Source: Sarea resinae
Lineage: Eukaryota
DNA length: 64,000 nt
Direction of reading: 5' to 3'
Assembly: GCA_026026165.1 (NCBI GenBank)
Contig: JAPEUD010000069.1
Span: forward strand, 62,001 to 126,000
Part shown: positions 29,976 through 42,283 of the stretch, piece after piece
How the letters are laid out: every line of letters starts with the position of its first letter
Numbering within the stretch: position 1 is the stretch's first letter
Program-made: the position numbers and the translations under genes
The notes under the pieces: model-generated
What the model saw: the letters and a program-made list of their open reading frames with translations, nothing else
The model's database searches: none
What the model was told of the DNA's origin: nothing

Positions 29976-32900
29976 ATGTCGATGCTACCAGCGGAAGTGC
30001 ATGCGGCTTTGACGCAGCTTCTCCAAGGACTGGTGTCGGCCGATAACAATGTGCGAACTCAAGCCGAGGAGCAACTTAACAATGAGTGGGTGGTTGCCAG
30101 GCCGGATGTGCTATTGATGGGTTTGGTGGAGCAGATACAAGGCGCAGAGGATCCCATGGTGAGAACCTGATCCGAGGTCTGGGACAGTCTATCAGTCGCA
30201 TGGCTAATGACCTGTCTGTGTTGGATCTAATAGACTCGATCATTTGCCGCCGTTCTTTTCCGAAGGATAGCCTCGAAGACGAAGAAAATCGCTGCAAGTG
30301 ACGAGATGAAGGAACTATTCTTGACACTCGAGCAGCCTCAGCAAGCTGCAATAATGCAGAGGCTGCTGCAGTGCCTGACAAATGAATCGTTACCAAACGT
30401 GCGCAATAAGACTGGGGATGCCGTCGCAGAAATTGCAAGACAATGCTCGGATGAGGGTATGAAATCTTGAATTCGATCAAAGGACAAACGAGCTAAGAAA
30501 ATATCGTTGCAGGAAAACCTTGGCCGGAACTTCTCGGTGTACTCTTCCAAGCCAGCCAGTCCGGTGATGCTGGACAACGAGAGAACGCGTTCCGGATATT
30601 TGCGACCACGCCCGATATTATCGAAAAGCAGCATGCCGACACGGTGCTATCGGCATTCTCTAAGGGATTCAAAGACGATGACGTTACTGTAAGAGCGAAT
30701 AAATCCCCGGAACGGGGTTCCTAGCTGATTAGACAAACAGGTCCGCCTTTCAGCAATGGAGGCTATCGCATCGTTTTTCAGATCGATAGAGCCAAAAGGA
30801 CGAAAGAAGTACTATACCCTTATTCCGGAGATTCTCAACATTCTTCCCCCAATCAAAGAATCTGGGGATACTGAGCAGCTCACGAAAGCCCTGATCGCAT
30901 TGATCGACCTTGCCGAAAGCGCACCTAGAATGTTTAAGCACCTTTTCCACAATCTCGTGACATTCAGCATCACTGTTATCCAAGATAAAGAATTGGGTGA
31001 TCAGGCGAGGCAAAATGCCCTGGAGCTCATGGCCACATTCGCAGATTACGATAGAGATATGTGCCGCAAGGACCCTTCGTACACCACGGAGATGGTAACT
31101 CAGTGCTTGAGCTTGATGACTGATATTGGAGTCGACGATGATGACGCCGCCGAATGGAATGCTTCCGACGATCTCGATATCGAAGAAAGTGATCTGAATC
31201 ATGTCGCAGGTGAACAGTGCATGGATCGATTGGCAAACAAACTTGGCGGGCAAACCATTCTTCCTCCGACGTTTAATTGGCTTCCTCGCATGATGACCTC
31301 GTCCGCCTGGAGAGATCGACATGCTGCCCTCATGGCAATCTCTGCAATCTCCGAAGGTTGCCAGGAACTGATGGTGGGCGAGCTCGATAAAGTACTAGAT
31401 TTGGTCGTTCCTGCATTGCGGGACCCGCATCCACGAGTTCGGTGGGCTGGCTGCAATGCGCTGGGTCAGATGAGTACAGACTTTGCTGGTACAATGCAAG
31501 AGAAATATCATCAAATTGTTCTGCCAAACATTATCCCGGTTCTTCAATCACCAGAACCGAGGGTCCAAGCACACGCGGCAGCGGCGCTCGTTAACTTCTG
31601 TGAAGAAGCAGAGAAGACCATTCTGGAGCCATATCTGGACGATCTGCTCAGCCATCTTCTCCAGCTTCTCCAGAGTCCTAAGCGGTTCGTTCAGGAGCAA
31701 GCACTGTCAACCATTGCAACGGTCGCAGATTCCGCAGAGACCGCTTTTTCAAAATATTATGATACCCTTATGCCTTTGCTTTTCAATGTGCTCAAAGAAG
31801 AGCAGTCCAAGGAGTACAGACTGCTGAGAGCAAAAGCAATGGAATGTGCCACTCTTATCGGCCTGGCGGTCGGTAAGGACAAGATGGGTGCAGACGCTAT
31901 CGCTCTGGTACAGATCCTAGGTACCATTCAACAGAGCATCATGGAAGCAGATGATCCACAGGCCTCGTACCTACCCCACTGCTGGGGCCGGATGTGCCGT
32001 GTCCTTGGGCATGACTTTATCCCTTATCTTCCGGGAGTGATGCCTCCTCTCTTGACCATTGCAAGCGCCAAAGCAGACATCCAATTGCTTGAAGACGAGG
32101 AGCAAGTCGCCCAGATTGAGTCGGAAGAGGGATGGGAATTAGTCCCGATCAAAGGCAAGTTCATTGGTATCAAGACTGCAACTCTTGACGAGAAGCACAT
32201 GGCTATCGAGCTCATTTCGATCTACGCCGAAGTCCTTGAAGGCCTCTTTGAGCCATACGTGGCTGAGATCATGGAGAAGGTCACTCTTCCCGGGCTGGCA
32301 TTCTTTTTCCATGATCCGGTCCGCGTTGCTTCCGCTAAGTCTGTCCCATTGCTCCTCAATTCTTGCAAGAAAGCACACGGAGAGCAATCAACGCAACTTG
32401 TCGATCTATGGGGGCGATCGGTGGAGAAGATCATAGAAGTCCTCACTGCTGAGCCCTCAGTTGACACCCTCGCGGAGATGTATCAATGTTTCTATGAATC
32501 CGTTGAGGTGATAGGCAAGAACAGTCTGTCAGCCTCCCACATGGCTGCATTCATCGATGCCGCCAAATCTGCTCTCGAGGATTACCAGAAACGTGTTGCC
32601 GCCCGCATAGAGGACCGCGCGGAGCAAGAGCCCGGCGAAGAGGAGTCAGAAGATACTCTTTTCGCCATCGAGGACGACCAAACCTTGCTCTCCGACATGA
32701 ACAAAGCATTCCACACCATATTCAAGAACCAAGGTGCCTCTTTCCTCCCGCATTGGGAGCGTCTCCTCAACTTTTACGATGCCTTCATTGCCAACGAGGA
32801 CCCCACTCAGCGTCAATGGGCCCTCTGCATCATGGATGACGTCCTCGAATTCTGCGGCCCGCAATCCTGGACTTACAGCTCGCACATCATCCAGCCCCTC

Positions 32901-33548
32901 ATTGCTGGTATGCGTGACGACGTCCCCGCAAATCGGCAAGCCGCTGCGTACGGTGTCGGCATCGCAGCCCACAAGGGCGGAGAGGCATGGTCTGAGTTTG
33001 TGGCCGCTAGCATACCGACTCTTTTCAGCGTGACGCAGCGTCCTGACGCTCGCGAAGACGACCACGTCTTTGCGACTGAGAATGCATGTGCCAGTATCGC
33101 CAAGATCTTGCACTACAATGCCTCCAAGGTGGCGAACGTGCAGGATGTCTTGAATCACTGGATTGACACGCTGCCCGTCGTCAACGACGAGGAAGCCGCG
33201 CCTTATGCGTATTTGTTCGCCGTCCAGCTCGTCGACCAGTATGTTTCCTCTCTCTACGCTACCCTCTCGTACATCTCATCTGTTTCTCATTACATATTCT
33301 ATCCACCCACCAAACTAACTCCCCATCTCTCTCTTCACAGACAAAATCCCGCCGTCCTGGCCCAGGCCGCCAAACTCTTCATCTTCATCGCCCAGGCCCT
33401 CGAAGCCGAAACCCTGCAAGGCGCCACCGCCGAACGCGTCGTGGCCGCGGCCAAACAACTCGTCACCGCCGCCGGCATCGACGCCCATCAGATCCTGGCA
33501 ACCCTCAGCCCGGAGACCCAGCATACGGTTCGTGCGTACTTTGGTTAG
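29976..33548 (+). CDS. PSE1: Importin subunit beta-3 (karyopherin Kap121/Pse1, importin-5 family)
   Basis: MSMLPAEVHAALTQLLQGL start; HEAT repeats with WRDRHAALMAISAISEGC, HPRVRWAGCNALGQMSTDF and ATENACASIAKI. Introns near 30159, 30457 and 30689, and at 33239..33340. Confidence 0.95.
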
Positions 33549-34228
33549 GTCAATGATTTGGTTGTGTGTCGTGCACTGCCGAGCGAGCAAGTGGCTGGAT
33601 ATGTGGCGTAAATGGCGGGTTCGGTCAGGGGAGCAGAGAGAGAGGGATAATAAGAGAGACGAGGGGCCGAGAGGGGGCGGGGGGAAGGGGGAGAAGGGGA
33701 AAGGAAGAGCAGGAGGATGAATGAATAATATCTGGCTGGCGCTTTAGTTTCGTAGATGAAGATGAAGAAGAAGAAAGAAGAGGAAAGGGAATCAATCAAA
33801 CCATCAATGAATCAATCTACAAAGGATGTGAAGCCTTTGGTCGTTTTATGCACTTTATCACCTTTTACCATTCGGGCGAGAAATCTATAAGGCGAGCGAG
33901 CAGCGAACAAGAGAGAGTTGTAGCAGCCGGCGGCCGCTAGCAGGAGAAGATATAGAAGGTCAATCTAGTCGAAGTCAAGTCAAGTAATGCAAGGTCAAGT
34001 CAAGTCAGGTGAAAAGTAGTTGGATCTTCTTTCTTTTCTACATCGTACATGTAATCTTTCAATCGGGAGATATTTTCCTGGCTTGCTTTGCTGGCTTGCA
34101 CGACGTACTAATGCTCTAGAGCAGCTCCTTGCTCACTGACTTGCCTGCGTACTGATGCTCTCTTCCCATCACGCTCTTCTTCCTTATCCCTCAAGCAAAC
34201 CCGTCTCCTTTCTACGTTTTCCTTTTCT

Positions 34229-36264
34229 TTACCTCCGCGGCATGCCTCGGCCGCGGCCTCGGAGGGCGCGTTGCGCGGCTCCCGGTGGTAGACCGCGCTG
34301 TGGGGCTTGGGGCTGGGCTGATTCTTCGTTTTCTATTACGTGCGCGCGCGAAGGCGCACCTGGTCAGCCTCTGATACTGATGCACAGAAAACAAAAAGAG
34401 GGGGAACATACTGATGGTCTCGTCGACGCTCAGGATCAGACAGGCGGCCTCGGTGGCAGCCTGGATGGCATTGACCTTGACGAGGGCGGGCTCCCAGACA
34501 AAGGTGTCGAGGTTGTTCAGCGCGATGCCTTCGGTGTTGAAGTCGACGCCGGCCCAGACGTTGCCCTTGCGGTGCTCGACGCGCAGCCGGTTCAGGATGT
34601 CGGTGGCGTCGAAGCCGGCGTTGTCGCACAGCTGGCGCGGGATGATCTCGAGTGCCTTCGCAAACGATTTGATGATTGCTTGTTGCTTGTGCGGGATGTT
34701 TTTGTCGGCGTACTGGTGGAGGTGCGCCGAGACTTCCATCTGTAGGGGCGTGCGTGTCAGTTTGGGGTGGCCCATGAGCAAAGAGAGAGAAAGCATACCT
34801 CGCAGGCACCACCGCCAGCGACAATGGTGTTGTTCTTGATGGCGCGCTTGACGATCATGATGGCGTCGTGCAGACTTCGCTCGACCTCTGCGATGAACTG
34901 CTCGGCGCCTCCACGAAGCACAAGCGTGCACGTCTTGGCCGCTGGGCAACCCTCGAAGAAGTTGAATCGCTCGCCACCGATCTGTCGCTCCTCGAACCTC
35001 TCGCATGTACCGAGATGCTCTGGATGGATGTCCGAGCATGTCGATTGGATGCTGCCTCCCGTAGCCTGGACTACTCGCTCGAGGTCATCCGACGAGACAC
35101 GGCCGGCGCAGAAGATGTCCCGGTCCGCAAAATATCTAATAGTTCGATGAGACACTGACGACTGAGTTTAGCAGGTGCAATACGTACTGGGTAGCCAAGT
35201 CACCAATGGGCAATTTGCTGAGCACAATCTTGGCACCTGTCTGGTACAGCGCCTCCATCTTGTTGTAGATGATTTGCCATTCCGCATCGACGATGGCTTG
35301 GTATTCCGAGACCTGCTCCACTCTCACTTCGGCGTTGTCCTTTTCGCTCTTGAGCTCTAGCTCGACGTTTAGGCAAACAATTTTAGGATTCTTGAATGAC
35401 TTTGGCTGTTGCTCGAAACCGGCATAAGAGAATGTCTTCTTGAATGCAACACCATTGACGAAAATCGAATCTTGTAGAGCACCGCCGGGAATCTTCTTCA
35501 CTCCGATGAGTTTCTCGTTGAGGTCATCCTGGTCGAGCGAGAGGACAGCATCCACGACCACTAGATTCCCAGTGTTAGTGAAGTTTTCTGACGGACAAGG
35601 AAGGCATCAACTGACTCTTCGTAAAGAAATCCTTATTCCGGCTGATCAACTTGCTGTTCATTGCCGTCGATGCGAGTTTGCTCAGCGTCTCTCTTTTGTT
35701 GCCCTCGGTCGTAGTCACGGCAATCTCCTTGATCTTGTTCACGGCCATGGCAGATGCTCTTCTTAGACCCTTGATGATCGTCTGAGAGCTAACACCCTGA
35801 TCCACATGGTCCTTGATCTCCTTGAGGATCTCTCCCGCCAAGACAACGACCGACGTCGTTCCATCGCCAACTTCGGCGTCTTGGGAGCGAGCGATATCTG
35901 TGAGGATGCGGGCGGCGGGGTGGACGATGTCTAGGAGCTGTTCGTGCGTCAGCTGAAAGCCAGCTCTACCGTCTCGGTCGTCCGGCAAACCTTCATGACC
36001 GTTGCGCCATCATTGGTGATGGTCTGCCTGCCATTCTCATCCACCAGCAGCAAATCTCCTCCGTAGGGCCCCAGGGTCGACTTGATGGTAGCTTGCACAG
36101 CCAGACATGCGTTGATGTTGGATAGTATCTGTCCCCGACCTTGCGACTGATCCGTGCCTATGGAATGCAAGTCCCAGTCAACAACCGGGGTCGTATTTGT
36201 CAGTGGTGTAGTACTGACCCTCTCTCAGGACCACGATGGTTGGCGTCTGGCCTCCAAACGACAT
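34229..36264 (-). CDS. CCT7: T-complex protein 1 subunit eta (CCT chaperonin)
   Basis: [77 protein letters not shown]-terminus ...[10 protein letters not shown]. Six introns. Confidence 0.96.
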
Positions 36265-37219
36265 GATTGCGGATTATTGCTCTGCCAGAGTCGCCGTACG
36301 ATGAGCAAGGGGTATGCGTGCGGTGAAGGGATGAGGAGAAGAAGAGGTGGCGAGTGGGCAGTGGTGGCAGTGGTGCTTCTCTGGCTAATCGACCTGATTA
36401 TACCTATGAAGCTCGAAATTCTGGAGTTTCGTTTCTCTCGCTCGCTCGCTCGCTCGCACGCGTCTCGCAAGCCAGGCCAATCAGAAGCTCGCTAGTCCTT
36501 CCTCTGTCCTGCGTACTCTGGACCCTCCCCCAAAAGTATTCGACTCGACAGCCGTGACACCGAATCACGCAGCAACGGCGGGAAGAGGAGGCTATATGGG
36601 GGTAGGCAGCAAGGGGTGGACCGGTGAGCAGATGGTATAGGCAGTGGCATGTTTGGTGCGCGATTCTACGCCTTTCTGCTGAAAAGAGGGACCCCTGGCT
36701 CTGAGGAGTATCCAGATCAGGCAGGGCTCGAGCATCAAAGCCTCGACAGCTACTATGTACATCACCCGGGCAGACTGCAATTGTGAATACCGTCAACACG
36801 GCGGCGCGAGCCCGTTCGATGTTCGCAGATCGAGGTTCGATGTTGAGCAGTACCTCGTCCCCAAGGTGAGGCCGTCGAAGCCGTTGATGCCGTTGAGGCT
36901 GATGCTTCTGTCTCACCGCCTTCGGCAGAACGGGGACTCTATCAGATGCATCTGATAGGCGAGAGCCCTCACCGAACCGGCGTCACTGTCACTGATCCAA
37001 CCAGCTGCAGCTGCCCGCCCCATCCTGCACGGGACGCTCTGTCGCTCCTCCTCTCACCTTCCCCTCATCCTCTCGGACAGCATCACCGTCACCATCCTCA
37101 TCCAGATGGATTGAGCATCTCCATCACTATTTGACTTCACGACCATGGCCGCCGTCTAACAGCCCTACACCGATATCCTCTTACTCGACCCCGCCCTCCC
37201 CGCAATAACAATCACAACA

Positions 37220-38326
37220 ATGCCCCCAACGCCACTGCCAACCCCTCCAACCCTCTACATCTCGCCCAAACGCAAACGCTCTCCGCCACCTGCTTACCCC
37301 GTAGCTTGTCAGGTGCCCCGATACTCTCCAAACCTCACCGCTGCACGACCATGTCTCAATACAGACGTCTACACCCTTCCATTACCCGCCGAGACGCAGA
37401 CCGCCGAAGCCGGTAGTCCCAGCAGTGCCATCGCCAGCCAGCTCCAAGAGCTAGGCATTCAAGGGGAGGGAAACGAACGGTGGCATCTCCCTAGAGAAGC
37501 ATGGGACGAGCTTGGCAATCCCGACACCATGAGGAAGAGAACGAAGCATGCAGATAGTGGTGCTGATGGCAGTGGCGACCACAACATGACCGGGTCAGCT
37601 CCGGCGCCGGCAACAACAATCTCAAAGAATATTCCAACCCATACACCGCCGCGCGGACCATATCCGACAACGACAACAGCGGCGGTGTCCAAGATAACAA
37701 AAGAACCATCCCCAGCTTCGGCCTCAGATGCCGACTCCGACATCGACACGGACCCCACCCCAATCACCCTCTCTCCGCCTCCCCGCCACAAACATCACAA
37801 AAAGCACCGTCGACGATTTAACTCTCCGCCTCCAAAATCAAAATCAAACAATACCCCAAAACGGCGCTACTCGCCTCCTCCGGCGTCGACATCGCTCTCC
37901 CCGCCGACCTCTCCATCACCTTCGACGACGCCGTCCCCACCTTCCAGCCCTTCCTCCTCGTCCTCGGAAACCTCAGACACCACATCGCCTTCTATTCTGA
38001 ATCTGGGACTCAACGGGATCGGGTTTCGCCCGACGCCCGCGGCGGCCTATGCCCGGGCCCAGAGACGACGACAGCAGGTCGCAGAGTGGCGGAGCCGAGA
38101 AGCACGGGACGCGAGACAGCGACGAAGTGAGAGGAGGAACGCGGGGAGGGGCTCTGCGAGCGGGGTAGTCAGGGGCGGGGCCAAGAGCAATTCTCGTCGT
38201 GGTGCTCGTGCTGGTGCTGCCGGCGGAGAAGAAGCAGAGAGAGAAGAAGACGAAGAAGGAGGTGCTGATGAAGACAGAGGAGCAAAGCGTCGAGTCCGCT
38301 TCCTGGACGTCGAAGTCATCGAGTAG
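37220..38326 (+). CDS. Conserved fungal hypothetical protein, P/S-rich and basic
   Basis: Single 368-aa ORF. The C-terminal block LNGIGFRPTPAAAYARAQRRRQQVAEWRSREARDARQRRSERR...KRRVRF looks like a conserved Pezizomycotina motif. Confidence 0.8.
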   Translation: MPPTPLPTPPTLYISPKRKRSPPPAYPVACQVPRYSPNLTAARPCLNTDVYTLPLPAETQTAEAGSPSSAIASQLQELGIQGEGNERWHLPREAWDELGNPDTMRKRTKHADSGADGSGDHNMTGSAPAPATTISKNIPTHTPPRGPYPTTTTAAVSKITKEPSPASASDADSDIDTDPTPITLSPPPRHKHHKKHRRRFNSPPPKSKSNNTPKRRYSPPPASTSLSPPTSPSPSTTPSPPSSPSSSSSETSDTTSPSILNLGLNGIGFRPTPAAAYARAQRRRQQVAEWRSREARDARQRRSERRNAGRGSASGVVRGGAKSNSRRGARAGAAGGEEAEREEDEEGGADEDRGAKRRVRFLDVEVIE

Positions 38327-38896
38327 CTTTCACGGAAAGTACTCACTCTGTTTCTTCTATCTCTCTTTCTTCACTCGCTCGTTCAACTCGTCCCTCTTCT
38401 GCCCCCCTCTTTTGTTTAGCGCCTAGTGTGGCCCACTCATTCCTGGCCAGTTTTCACACCTCACAGGGAGACGGAGTCCGGCGTATCTTGCAAGGCATTT
38501 TGTCTTAATCCTCTAGGCGGCAGGTCTGCCGCCCGAGCCGAGTCGAGTCTGAGCTTGGGGTTCAGGTTCAAGTTCAGGTTCAGGCTCATATCCACTTTTT
38601 TTTGGCGTACAAAGCACTAGGATAAAGGAATCACAGGAATCACGATAGGATAGGATACGATACGATACGATATTCAATTAAATGCGCGGGTGCACAAACA
38701 CACACACATACAGACACACTCTCTCTAGAAAGTTCTCCAAGAAAGAATTCATAGTTCCTTATTCGTCACACTGGGCTCGTTTTAGTGAGCGGTGCGAACT
38801 GGATAAATGTCGAATGGGAGAGGTGGGTGATTGAGAGCTTGGGCTTGGCGGGGGGGTTTCATCTCTCTAGGGTCGTGTCCAGAGAAAGAGCAGATG

Positions 38897-41800
38897 TCAT
38901 CCCTCTCCCTCATGCCCGCTCTCTTCAGACGCGTCGCCCTCGCCCTCGCCCTCGTCGCCCTTCCCTTCTTCCTCCCCATAACCACCACCCCCCTCCTCCC
39001 CCTCCACGTCCTCTACGTCCGCCGTCTTCCCACCCCCCACCCCGGCCCCCAACGCCTTCCCATCCTGCCTCCGATACAACTCAGCCAAGAACTCAGACGA
39101 GCTGGCGTCCTCGACGCCCTTATCGTCCCTGACGCGCAGAAAGCGCGGGAAGCGCAGACTGAGGCCGCGGTCGGGGTCGACCAGGCCGCGGGCGGCCGGG
39201 TACGTGGGGCTCAGGGTCACGTCGGCGAAGGCGAGCTCCCAGACCTCTTGCGGGGCGAAGTAGACGTCTGCGATTCCGGGGTAGGAGGGCGGAGGGGGGA
39301 TGTAGGGGGGGCGGTGGGCGAGGGTGTTGGTGGTCGTGTTGGTGTTTGATGGGGATGGGGATGGTGAGGGTGGTGAGGATGGTGGTTTGTTATTGTGGAT
39401 GTCGTCGTCTTCGTGTCCGGCGTTCCCGTTTCCGTCTCTTGGCGCTTTGTGCTCTCCTTGTTTTCCTTCCTCTTCTTCTTCTTCCTCTTTTTCCTCCTCC
39501 TTTTCCTCCTCCTCTTCTTCCACTTCACTAGCAAGTCTGTACCGTTTGCGATTGGCGATGTAGAACTTGTCCGTGAAGCCGGAGATGCATTTACACACGG
39601 GCTCGAGGGCGCCCGAGTCGGCGTTGCGGACGGCGAGCAGGATCGGCGACCACCAGGCGGCTTTGCGGCCTTGGCCGTGCCAGGCCGCGATCGGGATCAC
39701 GTCGAGCGTTTCGCTGTATTGCTGCGACGTGCTGTAGTCTTTTTTGACTTTGAGCCAGCTGTCGATCCGTTTGTCGGGCTCGTAGGTTGCGAGGAGGGGT
39801 TTGCGGCGGGTGATGGTGGTGGTGGAAGTGGTGGTGGAAGTGGTGTCGGGGGGAGTGATTGGGGGTTTGAGCTTGGACTTTGGTTTTGATTTTGCTTTTG
39901 TTTTTCGGGCCGTAGTCTTCGAGGGCATAGCTGGTTGGGCGGGCCGCTGAGTTCCTTCCGTTTCAGGGGCTAGAGGGGGATCGAGGACGTTGTCGAGGAC
40001 TTTCACCATTATGCCTTCGCATTTGATGTCGAGCGCCGATTTGAAGAACCCCAGCACGGCTTCCGAGTCGGCCGACGTGGCGTCTAGGCTCTTGACCCAG
40101 GTGAATTTGAGGGGCACTTCGACGAAGAGGCTGCGTAGGAGCTCTCGCCTCTCGCGCAGCGGCCGGTCGAGCAGCTCCTCGCCATTCAGGTACATGAGGT
40201 CGAAGGCGAAGAGGCAGACCTCTACCTTGACGCTGCCTATGACGACGTCTTTTCGCGCTCTGTTGGCCAGCGTCTGGAACGTCTTGAGATCGCCCGTCTG
40301 CTGGTCGACAGCCACGACCTCGCCTTCCATGATGAAGCTCCCAACGCCCTCGCCCCTGATCTGCGGCACCAATGCGACCAGGTCGGGGTATTTGTCAGTC
40401 ATCACTTCCAGGTGCCGCGAGAAGATGGTGACTTTTCCCCGCTCGTCACAATGGACCTGGGCGCGCTGGCCATCGTATTTGTATTCGCAGCTGAATTGCC
40501 TTCCTTGGAGTTTCGTGAGCATGTCATCTAGATCCCTGGTGATGTTGCCCAACATGGGTCGCAGAGGAATGTGAAGTGCGAGCCCACATCGGAGGAGAAG
40601 CTCGTCACAGACACCAACTTCGAGGAGGCCGGGGACGAGGTCGTTATAGTTTGGCCGTCGAGCAAAACAGGCTTTTACAATCTCCTCTGCCTTTGCATAT
40701 AATTCTGTCAACGTGTCTTTCTTCATAGAGGACAGCTCGGACTGCGGGTAAACATGGAACTCGGCGTCTACAGGACGCGAAAGGAGAAACGCGCGGGAAA
40801 GAGCAATCAACATTGTCGTCTTTACCGCCCCAATGCGCAGATGCTGTACCAGCGTCCTCACTATATATCGGCTTTCTTCGGCCCCACGGGCGTCTTGAAC
40901 GAGCCTCTCCACTATACGTTGCTTGACCTCTTGGCTTCCGTTACCCTTGCTGTTGGCGATTTTGACTAGAGATTGATAGACGGATTTGATTGAGAGCGGT
41001 TTTGGTTTCCGAAGTGTAAAAGTCTGTCTCTTTTTCGCTTCGAAGGCGACGTCGCCTGCATCGCCGTGTTTGTTGTACAACGTTTTGAGGCCCTGATTGT
41101 CTAGACCGCATACTTTCTTCAGAGCCTTGGAGATGGCCGATCCGCCCAGACCGAGCTCGAGAGAAATGTATGATGGGGAGATTGAATTTGTAGCCAGCCA
41201 AACCTATCATTTTTATTTAGACTTAGACATGAGGAATCGGGGCTTTGACTTACTGCAGGAAGGAGGCTTTCAGGATCGCCCTCAATAATAGTCCTCAGTA
41301 GATTTACCAACGTATCGACTATCTTGATACGGCTCTGTGTGCTGTTGACCAGGACGAAACACCTCGTCAAAAGAGCGTAGGTAGCATCCCCGCCCTCAGA
41401 GGTCCAGTGCTTCCTGAGTTCTGGTAGATATCTCGAAGGTGCAAAGGTAAGAGGACTCTCATCGAATGGAATAGTCGTTGATATCGTATCCTCAGTCGAG
41501 CTGGCTGACTGGAGTGATAGGACATGCTTCTTGGACGAAGACGGCTCTTCTTTCATGGCAGTGTTGGCTTCCTCTGAACCATTTCCTTGCATGTCCGGTT
41601 GGGGTAGCAGGTCCTCTTTCGGTGGATTGATAGAGCTCGACGGTTCCTCTGACTGCGACAGTTGGGCGTTGCGCAAGGCGTCCTCTTCGTCCCATTGTGC
41701 CTGTAACTTCCTGGCCAGCTCCTCGTCCGTTAGGCCATTATCGAGAGCATCTGGTTCCTCCTTCAGCTGTCCATTCAATGATCCATTTGTCGCACCGAAT

Positions 41801-41928
41801 GTTTTTGTAGAAGGCCCTGGTGCTCCCTGCTCCTTATTTTGCTTGCCAAAGAAGTAATCCAGGCTGCGCGTGGCAGATGGAGCGGGGCGGCCGTCATTCT
41901 TCTTGCGCCGTTTGGCAGGACTGGCCAT
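38897..41928 (-). CDS. ATP-dependent DNA ligase I family (second, Adl1-like paralogue)
   Basis: DNA-binding domain (ELGLGGSAISKAL, GDAGDVA, LRIGA), adenylation motif CEYKYDGQRAQVH, EGEVVA, FAFDLMYLNG, EGIMVK, WLKVKKDY and SLRFPRFLRVRDDK. One 50-nt intron at 41204..41253. Confidence 0.92.
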
Positions 41929-42161
41929 GGCCGAAGCTGGAGTAAGGATTAAATGGCCAAAACTCGGTGGTGTTGCGGGATCGAGACGTTCGACCTACAG
42001 CGACACCCACCTCCAGCTACCGTCCACTATCTCCAATACAAACAGTCACATCGTCATCGCTGTCGGGCACTAGAGTACTAGTACAACGCTTGAACGCACG
42101 GATCGTGGCTCGCGACATGTACCGAGGTACTTCCTTCAACGCCTACGCTGGCACGACGCTG

Positions 42162-42203
42162 ATTTCCTTGACTTCCTTGACTTCCTCGACTTCCTCGAGT
42201 TCC
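42162..42203. repeat. 9-bp tandem repeat (ACTTCCTYG, about 4 copies) in the ligase/TIP20 divergent promoter
   Basis: Sequence atttccttg acttccttg acttcctcg acttcctcg agttcc. Confidence 0.8.
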
Positions 42204-42283
42204 AGACGTCTACGGAGTCCAAGCCCAGGCAATGGAATCCCAATACTGAGCTTTGTTGATACGTCAACTACTCTCCTCAAGCC

